The notes beneath the pieces were generated by a model. That model was not told where the DNA came from and ran no database searches. It saw only the letters and a program-made list of their open reading frames with translations. A program made the translations under genes and the position numbers. From contig CM000436.1 in NCBI GenBank assembly GCA_000165345.1, positions 768,001-832,000 of the forward strand: a stretch of 64,000 nucleotides of DNA. Direction: 5' to 3'. The first letter of the stretch is position 1. Each line of letters opens with the position of its first letter. Positions 22,851 to 33,619 of this stretch are shown piece after piece.

Positions 22851-23549
22851 ATGATATTTCTACCTAAGCGTCCGAATAAAAGATACGCAGGTCAATTTTT
22901 ACTTATCATTTTCTTATTTGTTTTTTATAAACTTGCTTTTAGCTCAGAAATTAGTGAAATTTCAGAATCTAACCAGTATGATCTAGAAAACGAAAATATA
23001 TCGAAAAGACCAGAAGGTGCCACTTCTATACCAATTAAAAAAAAATTATTTGAAAATTTTAGAAAGGAGGTGACAGTTGATAAGTACTATACAAAGGACG
23101 GAAAGAAAGTCAAAGTGATCTTAGTAAGAAAAAGACGTCCAGCATTTAATTGGCTTAGAAAATGGAGAAATAAACGAAAAATTAAAAATAAAGCAAAAAA
23201 AAGATATAAAATGAATAGGGATCGAAAAAGTAAAAAACCTAACATACTAAAAAGAGTATTTAAAAGAAAAAAAATGAATGATAAAAGTGAAGAAGACGCC
23301 AAAATATCAGATGTAAACTATGCGAAAGAAAACGAGGAAAGCGTTTCAAAAAGCGATATATTTGAGGAAGATACTGAGGTCAATAAAAACGAGGAAGATG
23401 AACCTAGAACGAAAGAACCAGATACTCAGTTGGATGATACGGCCCCTTCACCCAGCAGAACATCAAGTTATGAAAGAAGTTCAATTACTGGTGAAAATAC
23501 GGATCCTACTGATATGAAAACATCAACTTTCGATATTAGCGCCCTCTAA
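22851..23549 (+). CDS. Hypothetical protein with N-terminal hydrophobic segment and extremely K/R-rich core
   Basis: 232-aa ATG ORF. Hydrophobic FLLIIFLFVFYKLAF near the N-terminus, then KRRPAFNWLRKWRNKRKIKNKAKKRYKMNRDRKSKKPN.., and an acidic tail. Confidence 0.4.
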   Translation: MIFLPKRPNKRYAGQFLLIIFLFVFYKLAFSSEISEISESNQYDLENENISKRPEGATSIPIKKKLFENFRKEVTVDKYYTKDGKKVKVILVRKRRPAFNWLRKWRNKRKIKNKAKKRYKMNRDRKSKKPNILKRVFKRKKMNDKSEEDAKISDVNYAKENEESVSKSDIFEEDTEVNKNEEDEPRTKEPDTQLDDTAPSPSRTSSYERSSITGENTDPTDMKTSTFDISAL

Positions 23550-24076
23550 GCCATAAATCTATTCCTAAAATTTTATGAATTTTTTTCTCCATTCAAACTT
23601 TTGAGAATTTATCTCATTACTATAATATAACGTTTGGAATATTTATGCATGATCTTTGAATAGATGATCTTTGTATATTTTATATATTTTTAAATCGTGT
23701 TCAGTTGATTTATCGACAAAACTTAATATAAATAGCGGAATGTAGACATTTATTAAATTTATATTACTAAGAGATTATCGATTTGAAAATTAAATTATAA
23801 ATGAGACTATTTTATGTTTAAAGTTAATATCTATTAAAGTTAAATTAATATAAATTGAAATGTATCTTATTCCAACTAATATTTCAAGTAAAAATGAAAA
23901 CATGCAAGTTCCATGAATTCAATAGGCGTTTGGTCATTAAAAGGAAATTGATAAGTATAAAATATACGTAACAAAAAATTATTTTCATTTCTTTAATTAA
24001 TTCTTTATAAAATTCAACAAATCAAATTGATATTAACAAATATATCGGATAAATATCAAACTTCCAAATTACAAAT

Positions 24077-26704
24077 TTATCTAAATTTACTGTTAGGGTG
24101 CGCAATTCCTTTCGGATTACCCAAAATAATTTCTTGATTAAACTCGACTTTATCTCGATGAAATTTACTTTTAATAAGTATCCAGATAAATATTCCTATG
24201 AATATCGATCCAGAAATACTCAAAATCCCTATTATTCTATTGGAAATACTTTTTTTTTCTTTCCCAACAAAAATTACTTTATCTTCATCAACATTTGAAT
24301 TGATAATATCATAACTCAAATTATTTGGATTTAAATCTAGTGCTTGATATTTATGATTTTTGACATCGTTTAAATCGCCAGAGGAATTTTTGTTTAAATC
24401 GCTAAGGTCCAACGATATTGGGTCAGTATTTGTGTTAATTGTCTCTTGTCTCAAATCCGAGTGAATATTTCCAATAACAGGAGATAGATGTTGCTTAAAT
24501 AATGAAATTGGGTTTAAATATTCCATTGTAATGTATAACGACTCAAAGCTTCTCCATTTAAATTCAATAGACTTTGTAACTTCTTCTGAATTTATGCCCT
24601 TAAGTTCATTACTGTAGATATTGATCTTTATATTTTCATCTGATGGCCCCCAAACCCTCCATGACCTGATAGGTAGTTGATGAGGCCATCTTGTTCCTCC
24701 AAAGTATTGAAATCCTAACCTTGAGTCGAACTTATTAGAATGGCCATTGCGAATATAATCAACAGCATATGCCTTTATTCCATGAATGCTCCCTAACGTA
24801 GTTCCAATTACCCAAGTATCTTTGGATTTATTAATTACTATCCCTCGATACAACACGTATCCAGGGTGATTTTTCTTCTTATTTCTTTTTTGTCTAAAGA
24901 AAGGGAATCCTAGATATTCTCCCAAATGAAAATAATCTCCATTGATATCATCAGTGCCTCCATTTATTACCATTTTAACATGTTTTGGTTTGATACCTAT
25001 AATTCTGACAAAAACTTTTTCTTCAACAAAATTACTATTTGGAATATTATGCACATATTTCTTTTTAAATGGGGGTTTCAAAAATGCCCAACCATCAGGC
25101 TCTAATTCCATCCCTCTTTCAGCAGGCCAATCAACTTCGGATTTAATTCTTGAATTGCTTGGCCTTCTCCAAATAGCCAAAATTTGGCTGGGGCTAGTAT
25201 TTCCCAATTGCCTTGAAATAATCCACGATATGGCATTTGACTCATTAACAAATGACCAAAGGTACAGACTATTTCCAGGGTATTCTACTATTGAACTTTG
25301 TAAGCTAACGTCCTCACTTCTTAAGGGCCCCCTTTGTACAAAGTATGGCCTACTCTTAAAAAATCCCTCCCAACTATATAAGGCATTAGAGAAGTATCCA
25401 TTCGCACCATTAATTATAATATCTAAAGTTCCCCGTGAAGGTGGTATACATGAAGAAATTTTGTATTTTGTTAATCCGCTAAATTTACTTAAATGAGGAT
25501 TGGGACAACCCGGAAATACTTGTAAATCGTCGGGTGATTCAACTAAAGGAATATGTTCAAGAATAATTGATTCCTTAGGTATAAAAGTAAATGGTCTTGC
25601 TTCTTCAACAATCAAATCCTTATCAAAAACCAATACACGCTTAGACTCCATTTCTTTAGGTATTGTAACAGGTAATGGATTCCTCAAGGGGGTGCTAGGA
25701 TCTAGTTCGACGTATGGAACTATATCATGAGCACTAAACTTTCTTGGCTGAACATACCATCCTCTAGTGTATGCAGGGGAGTATGGCCTTCCAATTATTT
25801 CTGCATAAATTTGTCCAACTGATATTTTTGGGTTATTAATTGGCCAAGTATCTCCAATACACCATCTTTCTATGGGGAAATTTAAAAAAAATATGTACAA
25901 GCTTGGCTCAGGATAAATTCTTCTATAAACTGGCCTAATAATTGGCTCAACATACCAAGGAAACCTTTCATCACTTTGAGACAATTGCATTGATTCTTCT
26001 CTCTTATATATTCCATGTAATGCAGCATTATATGAGGAACTACGGACTTCAATAAATAGTGGAGTATATCTTGCATATGGAATAGTACGTAAATATATTT
26101 CTTTCGAAAAAATTTCATCTTTTACATTTCCTGGAAATGAAAAATATCCAAAATTATTATATTTATTATTTTTAATCGAACTTTCTCCTTCGGTAATTTC
26201 ACTTCCTGCGCTAATATTATTATACTTTGTATTTAGTCTTTCAATCTCATTAATAACAAAATGTTCAATTCCGATCATTCTTTCGTTAGGTCTCACCATA
26301 AATGCAAACTCGTCAATTTGAAGACTTTCTATTTTTGGTTTTTTGATTAGTTTAAATGGCTTAATGGTAGATAATTCTACCTTTTGGGGAGATTTATAAT
26401 GCGACTTCCCAGAAACAGAAATATAATCATGTTGATTGATTGTTTGATTATTGTGGGTCTCTTTAATAAAAATATTCCTCGAATTATCTTTAATATCTAT
26501 TTGAGAGTTAGCTTCATTTAACTCTGAAATATTAATATCATCTATAATTGAAGTTTCATCTTCGCTTTCATCTGTAGAAAACGAACTTTTTTCATGCTTA
26601 TTTTTTAGTAAGTTAACCTCGATTAAATAACCAGTATTTTGGTCAAAAAATAAATAACTATATAGGTATATTAATGAAAATAGTCCCAGAAAATTAATAC
26701 ACAT
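24077..26704 (-). CDS. Large type I membrane protein (875 aa); lineage-specific W/Y/P-rich ectodomain
   Basis: N-terminal signal peptide (MCINFLGLFSLIYLYSYLF), an ectodomain of about 790 aa with many N-x-S/T sites, a single C-terminal TM (IIGILSISGSIFIGIFIWILI) and a short basic cytoplasmic tail. No recognisable catalytic family. Confidence 0.55.
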   Translation of the reverse strand: MCINFLGLFSLIYLYSYLFFDQNTGYLIEVNLLKNKHEKSSFSTDESEDETSIIDDINISELNEANSQIDIKDNSRNIFIKETHNNQTINQHDYISVSGKSHYKSPQKVELSTIKPFKLIKKPKIESLQIDEFAFMVRPNERMIGIEHFVINEIERLNTKYNNISAGSEITEGESSIKNNKYNNFGYFSFPGNVKDEIFSKEIYLRTIPYARYTPLFIEVRSSSYNAALHGIYKREESMQLSQSDERFPWYVEPIIRPVYRRIYPEPSLYIFFLNFPIERWCIGDTWPINNPKISVGQIYAEIIGRPYSPAYTRGWYVQPRKFSAHDIVPYVELDPSTPLRNPLPVTIPKEMESKRVLVFDKDLIVEEARPFTFIPKESIILEHIPLVESPDDLQVFPGCPNPHLSKFSGLTKYKISSCIPPSRGTLDIIINGANGYFSNALYSWEGFFKSRPYFVQRGPLRSEDVSLQSSIVEYPGNSLYLWSFVNESNAISWIISRQLGNTSPSQILAIWRRPSNSRIKSEVDWPAERGMELEPDGWAFLKPPFKKKYVHNIPNSNFVEEKVFVRIIGIKPKHVKMVINGGTDDINGDYFHLGEYLGFPFFRQKRNKKKNHPGYVLYRGIVINKSKDTWVIGTTLGSIHGIKAYAVDYIRNGHSNKFDSRLGFQYFGGTRWPHQLPIRSWRVWGPSDENIKINIYSNELKGINSEEVTKSIEFKWRSFESLYITMEYLNPISLFKQHLSPVIGNIHSDLRQETINTNTDPISLDLSDLNKNSSGDLNDVKNHKYQALDLNPNNLSYDIINSNVDEDKVIFVGKEKKSISNRIIGILSISGSIFIGIFIWILIKSKFHRDKVEFNQEIILGNPKGIAHPNSKFR

Positions 26705-28650
26705 ATCATTATTGAGAATAAAAGTCTTTATTTACAAATTTTGTGTGTGCGTACACACAATCCATTAGTAAAAATTTATATATCGTTGAACGAATATTTA
26801 GTCATCTTTGAAAATATTGATGGGTTAAAGAATCCAAAATCATAATTTTTGATAACTAATCTAATATGTGATTTTTTTTTTCCTCCAACAAATGGCTCAT
26901 TGCGCTATGATTATTATATTAAAATTGACAAAAGGTCGTTATAAATTTCTGTAAAGATAAATTATTTCATAAACTAAAAATAAATGTTCTACTAAATATA
27001 GCTTGAAAAAATATATATTAGCTTAAAAATAAATTAATAGTACGAAAATTATATTCAACACTTGAAAATTCAACTGCTTTTATTTAAGAGGGAAAAAGAA
27101 GTAATATTGAGTACTTTTGTATTTTAAGTTTATTTTATTCGTAAATCCAATTTATTAGGTAATTACAATCGAATTTTTAAAATTTAACAACTTTCAATTT
27201 ATAGAAATTGATTTAACTTTAATCATTCGAGTAGCCAATTTGATCCAAAAATAGTTCAATATGAAAAAGTTTAATTATAGTAATTACTGTGAAATGAATT
27301 AATTTGATATTTATTAACATGAAAGTTTTATTTTCAGCAAATAAAAATCACTACAGTAATTCATAGTATAACTATTCTTAAAAATCATGAACAAACCGAA
27401 AAAATTGAAACTAGAAAATTTATTAAATTATTATTTAAGATCTTTTCCGCAATCTGACAATTTGATGATTCTGATCTTATTCTGACTTAGTTCAACAAGA
27501 GGAATACAATACTTGAATTGAAAAGATTTAAATAAGTTCTAAATTATAAAGTCTCTAATAGTTATTTTGTGCAATAATTTATTAAAAAAGTTGCAACTAT
27601 GTTGATATTTTTGTAAATTTAGTTGAACTTTTTTTTTGAATAATAATACAACATTTAAATATTTTATTTGTACGTAACTTAAGCACTAAAAATTTACAAT
27701 TAAGACTTAAATGTTAATCACCAGCACTTAACATTATCATAATTCGAAGGAGCATATTTTGCCTTAAAATTCTATATTGTTTAAGAAATAAATCTATTAT
27801 ATAAAATATCGCAGTTATCATCTCTGAAATAGATTCTTATCATACTATTATGAAAAGTAAATTAGACATCATTTGAGCTATTAATATTCTCGTTAAATAC
27901 AATTAAAGTAGAAACAATTATCAATAGCTATAAATAGTTATTGGACATTGTAGAGAAATAAAGAACTTAAGGGTTTTTTTAGTATGGCACTTCATTTATT
28001 TAAATTGTAATTTACATAATTGTGCACTGGTTAACATACTATAAATCAAAAATGTTCAAGTGCGTTAATAATAAAGAGCTTAATCAAGGGAGTCAGAATC
28101 GGCAACATTTCCTCGTTATTGATAAATATTCTATTTAAATTTCGGGGAAAGGAATTATTAAACTTAATTTTCTTTATGAATTACTACGATTTGCACATAT
28201 TAGCTTGGATAATCACAATAAATGATGTAATTTGTTTTGAAAAACTAAGCAAAATTTTCGTTACAAATAGTTGAACCTTTTAAATATGTGTTTTGCATAC
28301 TAACAATACTACATTTTTTTAGAAAATGATTCAAGAAATTCAATTTGATATCAATACATGCAATGATTAACAATTGGTAATTGATAAATCAATCTAAGAA
28401 ACTTGAACCGCGTTAAATATTTTAAGACATTTTAGATTTCTGTCTACTTTTTTGACAAAAGCCCGGATAAAATTCCTCGTCTAAATTAAAGTAGACAAAA
28501 AAACGCCCCCACTATTTTGTAATATAATAATTAGCTCGTGCTGGAGAGTATCCGGTACTATTAATACCGCGAATTAGAAATAAAAAATAGATATAAATTT
28601 TATTTTAAATATAGATCGGACAAATTATGTAAAGATCTTGATGACTTTGG

Positions 28651-29865
28651 ATGTCAAACTTGAATAACTTAGCATTGCAATTGGTCCAGATTCTTAACCA
28701 GCATAGTAGCGATGGTGGACCGCAAAGTGCTGTATCATCCAACCAGACGGATACAGCAAATAAGTTTTTGCTTGAACACTATAATAATTTCTTTCTGCCA
28801 TATATTTCGAGAACGGGAAATGAGCATATTTTGAGCAATCCCTGTAACCAGAATTCCACTCCAATTGATCAGCTATTGACATCATATCCGAACAATACTG
28901 GTACACCAATTGGCTCCATTTTAAATTACGATCAATGCGGAAACTTAAAGTCGCCTTCACAATCTACTGATCAAGAACAATTGAATTCAAAACAAAATCT
29001 AGATCCATTAACCTATAATTCAGCGGTGAAATCTACACAACTATTACTTACCTTACAAAACCAAACTCCATTGATTGGGTTACAAAACACTCCGATCGAA
29101 GTTTCAAGACCGCAAGTTTCAAGTTCTTCTACTCAACAAGTCGCTCCACTTAATATACTTAACAATAATTTAAATAATTGGGCAGAATCTGCTCTTTCAA
29201 CATTGCTAGATAAGCCGGATATGCTTATGAATTTAATGCGACTTGGTGCTGCCAGTATTATGGCATCTTATTATGGACAGACACAGAATCCAACTGGCGT
29301 AAATATCTTACAACAAAGTTCTCCGTTTATTTATAATATGTCTCTTTCACCAAAACAAGCTGAAACACCCTGCATTAATAATGTTAGTCCTATTGAGATG
29401 AACAACTCTTCTATGGCATTTACTCCAGTAAAATCACCTTCAACAGAAAAAATTGAACACCAAACCCCGGTATTTACGCCGAATGCATCTCAACAGTTCT
29501 CCGACGAACTAGTTTTCTATAACTTTCTTGAACAGAGTAGAAAACTTTCGTGCGACATCAAAAATCAAAATGAGAAGAAAAATTTATCTACAAATAAAAG
29601 TAATGGACAACCTATTAGGAAAAGCTGTGCAGGGAGGCCACGGTTAGATCGTTCAGATTGGTGTTGTAGTTTATGTAGATGCATTGAAACTGCACAATGG
29701 AGATATCTCAGAAATACCCTCGAGAATAATCAAAACAATATTTGCCATCGTGGTAAAATCCTGGTGTGTAACGCTTGCTATTTAAGAGTGTCTAAGGAAA
29801 ACAAAATTAGACAAAAAATAAATACCTATAAACTAGAAGGAAACATAAAAATAGACGATACTTAG
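28651..29865 (+). CDS. GATA-like zinc-finger protein (atypical extended finger loop)
   Basis: Long Q/N/S/P-rich low-complexity N-terminal region, then a C-terminal finger ..CSLCRCIETAQWRY..(insert)..VCNACYLRVSKENKIRQK. The GATA hallmarks are present: C-x2-C, Thr at +5, Trp at +8, CNAC, and a basic tail. The inter-Cys spacing is about 31 instead of 17-18. Confidence 0.5.
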   Translation: MSNLNNLALQLVQILNQHSSDGGPQSAVSSNQTDTANKFLLEHYNNFFLPYISRTGNEHILSNPCNQNSTPIDQLLTSYPNNTGTPIGSILNYDQCGNLKSPSQSTDQEQLNSKQNLDPLTYNSAVKSTQLLLTLQNQTPLIGLQNTPIEVSRPQVSSSSTQQVAPLNILNNNLNNWAESALSTLLDKPDMLMNLMRLGAASIMASYYGQTQNPTGVNILQQSSPFIYNMSLSPKQAETPCINNVSPIEMNNSSMAFTPVKSPSTEKIEHQTPVFTPNASQQFSDELVFYNFLEQSRKLSCDIKNQNEKKNLSTNKSNGQPIRKSCAGRPRLDRSDWCCSLCRCIETAQWRYLRNTLENNQNNICHRGKILVCNACYLRVSKENKIRQKINTYKLEGNIKIDDT

Positions 29866-30363
29866 GAATTGAAAACTTTTTTTTTATTTTTATTTTTCTT
29901 TATCTCCAAGATGTGTGCGTTCTATCCCTTTATACACACTAATTTATAGATGTAGGATTATGTCTCAAAGATTGCATTTTTATTCACAATTATTTACAAT
30001 GGGCCAAATATTCGTATGCGAATGCTGCGAAGAGCAATCTAGATGTATAATTGACCAGAATGAAGTGGAAATAGTGCGTCCAACACATTGCGTTACAGAA
30101 TATCAACGTAAAATGGGTTATATTCCAGTGATAACATGTAGCCCCATGTCATCAAGAAATCAAACTCCACGCTCAATAATTTCATCATATTTCTATTCAC
30201 CTAGAGGGAATGAGCCATGAAAATAGTTATTTTTTACTGTTTTTTTTCCCCCCTGATAAATAGGTCTTGTCTTTTTCAGTTCCCCCCCTTATTTTATATG
30301 GTATAAAACTCAATTACTTTATTTCATCACAATAGAATTGATTTATGGAAAATCCTAATTATT

Positions 30364-30615
30364 ATGAATGAAGAGGTTTTCAATCTCCAGTTTCCAGATT
30401 CTACAATTTCAAAGATTTCTAAATCAGTATTAAGTAACAACTCCCGTTTGTCTAAAGACGCATGCAAAATTATCAATAGATGTGCTACATTATTTTCAAT
30501 TTATTTAGCATCTCTATCGTGCCCCTCTAAAGATGGAAAAAAATCAACAGTGCAGGACTATAATGTAAAGGCTGCTTTGAAGTATATATCTTCGAAGAAT
30601 AATTCATCTATATAA
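30364..30615 (+). CDS. Histone-fold protein (NC2-beta/Dr1-, NF-YB- or Dpb4-like)
   Basis: 83 aa: ..FPDSTISKISKSVLSNNSRLSKDACKIINRCATLFSIYLASLSCPSKDGKKSTVQDYNVKAALKYI.. This aligns in pattern with the histone-fold of Dr1/NF-YB (LP.A.I.K..K..LP....V...A.......C..EFI....S.A...C......KTI....V..AL). Confidence 0.5.
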   Translation: MNEEVFNLQFPDSTISKISKSVLSNNSRLSKDACKIINRCATLFSIYLASLSCPSKDGKKSTVQDYNVKAALKYISSKNNSSI

Positions 30616-31092
30616 ACATCCAAGAATATTTATTCTCATTTTTGTTTGAGATAATTCATTAGTGTTTATTGGTTACAATAACTCTTAAGAAAATGTGAAT
30701 TATCATTTTTTTTAATCCACAATGAAAATGCTTGAAGGTACTACAAAGTTAAGTAGTTTAAACAATTGAACGACATTTTTTCATTATAATAAATTACTTT
30801 AATCTCTTTCCAATTTACATACCAGATTATTTCTTTAAATATAATTTTTCGGCATTCACAAATACTATCAATAGATACATGTGAATTGATAGTTCCAGAA
30901 AACGAATAATATATTCGAAATAATATATGCGATAACAAGTTTCAAATCCTTACATGTTTAAAAGTTTCTTGAAATTTTTGTTATTGGTCATTGGAAAATA
31001 TATATATTTTTTCAGTCTATTTAAGTAAACTATTCCTATCTTAACTTTTAATTTGCTAATAAGTTGCTTTTTACATTACTAATTTGATCGAT

Positions 31093-31132
<40 letters not shown>

Positions 31133-31750
31133 GCACTTAAAATTCATATGCAGATCGAAGAATTTGACTATTTGAGAAATTTTTCTCATTCAAAACATAA
31201 CAATAGTATAAATATTTTAATTAGAAAAACAAGATCGATGTTCAAAGCCTGCGCTTTCCTTGACTTTTAGCTTCAATAACCAGGGAATTATGCAATTTAT
31301 TTTTATTAATTACAACACGAAGCGGAGATTGGGAAATATATCTTTTGTGTTATGTTATAATTTACTTATTTATATTGAAGTGATACGAATATCTGTAAAA
31401 CGGTTCTAATCTATTTAACGTTCAACGCATGATAGAACTAGTGGTTTGTAAAGTTGTTGAAAATAATATAATTTATTGACAGCATTAGTGCATTGAGTTC
31501 GAGATAGAAAGTTAATTATTCTTAAGTTCGAAAAATACTTTTATATAATTACTTACAGAAATGTATCCCACGCAACTTTTTTGGAATTTTCGGGAGTATT
31601 TTTCGCGTTATTAGAAACATATATCCATCGTCACACTAAATGGTAAATGGGGGGGCAGGGAAAAAACGGTTTATTTGATGCATATGTTATCTTAACCTGG
31701 AATAAATTAAATGAAAGAATATTATTAGTGTTCGCATTTCATATTAATAA

Positions 31751-33586
31751 ATGGGAACATTTTTTTGTTTCCATACATCAGAAAGGACGATACGTAAGAT
31801 AAATCGTGAAATTAATTATATTACTAAGTCGAAGAAAAAGTTCGATGAGAAGTCAAATAAATTCATTTTAAATGCATTAAAATACGATGGAAAAAAGTCA
31901 AAAATTTTGGTTGACATAATTAAAATTGAAATATCTAGTTCAAATACTATTTTTGAAAAAAGGTTTTTATATTTGTGTCTGTTAGATAGATTAATTATTG
32001 GAAATGCAACATATTTACAGTTGGCATATCAAAATAATTTACTTTCATGTATTGTTATGCTTTCAGATAGTACAAATAAGAAAGAACTGTTTAAATATTC
32101 CGAAAAAGAAGAGGAAATAATGCTTTTATGCAACCTTGCGGCATCCTGCCTTAACAAATGGTATGAGAAGTATTCGAGTGTAAATGATGAATCGATTGAA
32201 TTATTAAGTGAGTTTGTAAATAACTACTTTGTAAATTCATCAAATACTGAAAATGATTCCCAAGAAAATGGAATGGGTAATAATGAATTGAACAATTTAA
32301 AAAATAATCAAAATGATTTCTTGATATCCGAAGAATCGAATATTTTAAACGGCTTAAAACCTCAAGGCTATACAAGTTTATCTAACCAAGTGTTGGATAA
32401 TTCAGATTCTTCATGCTCGTTTGAAATGGAAGTTGATCCAGATTTGTTTGACGTAACTTCTAAAGTGAATGGAAATAGCTCATGCAAAATTGTTTTAAAC
32501 CAAGATTCATCAGTTGAGAATAAGTTTATCGAGGAAGGAATTATTGAAACTTGTGATAAGGATATAAATTTAACGGCAATTGAGCCAAAAACTATTAAAA
32601 TTGATTGTGTCGAGGACTCAAACATGAGTGAGATTGAAACAATTGAAACAAAGTATAGCTTGTTAAAAGAAAAATACTTGTTTCTTGTTCAAAAAAATGA
32701 ATATTTATTATCTAGATTAGAATATTACGAGGATTTTAATTTGCTTTCCAAAAGAATTACAAGAGACAATCAAAGCCTAAAAAAGAATAATTTTGAACTA
32801 TTTAGTAATTTACCAAACAATATTGATTTAAGCAGTTCCTTTCTAGAAAATTTTGGCAATCTCATACTAAATAATGATTGGGTTTTATTTGAGGATAACC
32901 TCATTCAAATGGGTGTTAAATTTCAATTTTCGGAAAATATTGGTAGTTTTAGTTTGTATTTAGGAAACAAACTCCCGAACAGACTAGAAGATTTCACAAT
33001 AACATTCGACTATTCTTATATACATCCTAGGACTTTATCAATTATAAAGAAAAATGAAATAGAGTATCCAAGTTATGTTTCAGGAAAACAACAAATATGC
33101 CTAATTTTTAACGTAGAATGCAACGATGTATATTTTGGAGTTCCAACAGTGATAGTCAAATTCTTGTTGGCGGATAATACTCCTAAAGTGATAGAAATCC
33201 CATTTCCACTATTGGTGAGCAAATTTTCGTATGAGGAAGAACAATATTCAAATGATTTCATCTCAAATCTCTGGCATTCAGAAGTATATTTAATGTCTCA
33301 AGCGTCTACAGAAATAAATACTAGGTCTTCTATAAATCGAATATCAGATGTAGTAAATAAATGCAAGCTAAACGAATCTTTCTATTTATTGATTGAAAAC
33401 GAAAATAATGAAGAAACAGACAAAATAATTTATTTACATGGAAATGTATTAAACCGCAAAGTAATCATTCAAATTCGTGAGTCCACCCCAAACAGCTATA
33501 TTTTGCGTGTAAGATCAGATTCTGGAATTCTTTCTAATTCGATTCTTTCCATAGTGATATTCCAAATAAAAGATGATACTTTTTAA
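31751..33586 (+). CDS. Hypothetical protein; possible VHS/ENTH-like N-terminus and adaptin-ear/GAE-like C-terminal beta-sandwich
   Basis: 611-aa ATG ORF. The N-terminal helical region and the C-terminal region (..ICLIFNVECNDVYFGVPTVIVKFLLADNTPKVIEIPFPLL..) are reminiscent of GGA/Tom1-type adaptors, but this is weak. Confidence 0.35.
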   Translation: MGTFFCFHTSERTIRKINREINYITKSKKKFDEKSNKFILNALKYDGKKSKILVDIIKIEISSSNTIFEKRFLYLCLLDRLIIGNATYLQLAYQNNLLSCIVMLSDSTNKKELFKYSEKEEEIMLLCNLAASCLNKWYEKYSSVNDESIELLSEFVNNYFVNSSNTENDSQENGMGNNELNNLKNNQNDFLISEESNILNGLKPQGYTSLSNQVLDNSDSSCSFEMEVDPDLFDVTSKVNGNSSCKIVLNQDSSVENKFIEEGIIETCDKDINLTAIEPKTIKIDCVEDSNMSEIETIETKYSLLKEKYLFLVQKNEYLLSRLEYYEDFNLLSKRITRDNQSLKKNNFELFSNLPNNIDLSSSFLENFGNLILNNDWVLFEDNLIQMGVKFQFSENIGSFSLYLGNKLPNRLEDFTITFDYSYIHPRTLSIIKKNEIEYPSYVSGKQQICLIFNVECNDVYFGVPTVIVKFLLADNTPKVIEIPFPLLVSKFSYEEEQYSNDFISNLWHSEVYLMSQASTEINTRSSINRISDVVNKCKLNESFYLLIENENNEETDKIIYLHGNVLNRKVIIQIRESTPNSYILRVRSDSGILSNSILSIVIFQIKDDTF

Positions 33587-33619
33587 CTTGACGCTGATAG
33601 ACTGAATACGTTGCGATGC

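Noticed and set aside
29915-30220. 101-aa Cys-containing ORF between the GATA-like and histone-fold genes
   Set aside because: It starts at GTG in the track. The ATG-initiated version is about 86 aa with no recognisable fold. It could be a 5' UTR or uORF of the histone-fold gene, and the evidence is insufficient.
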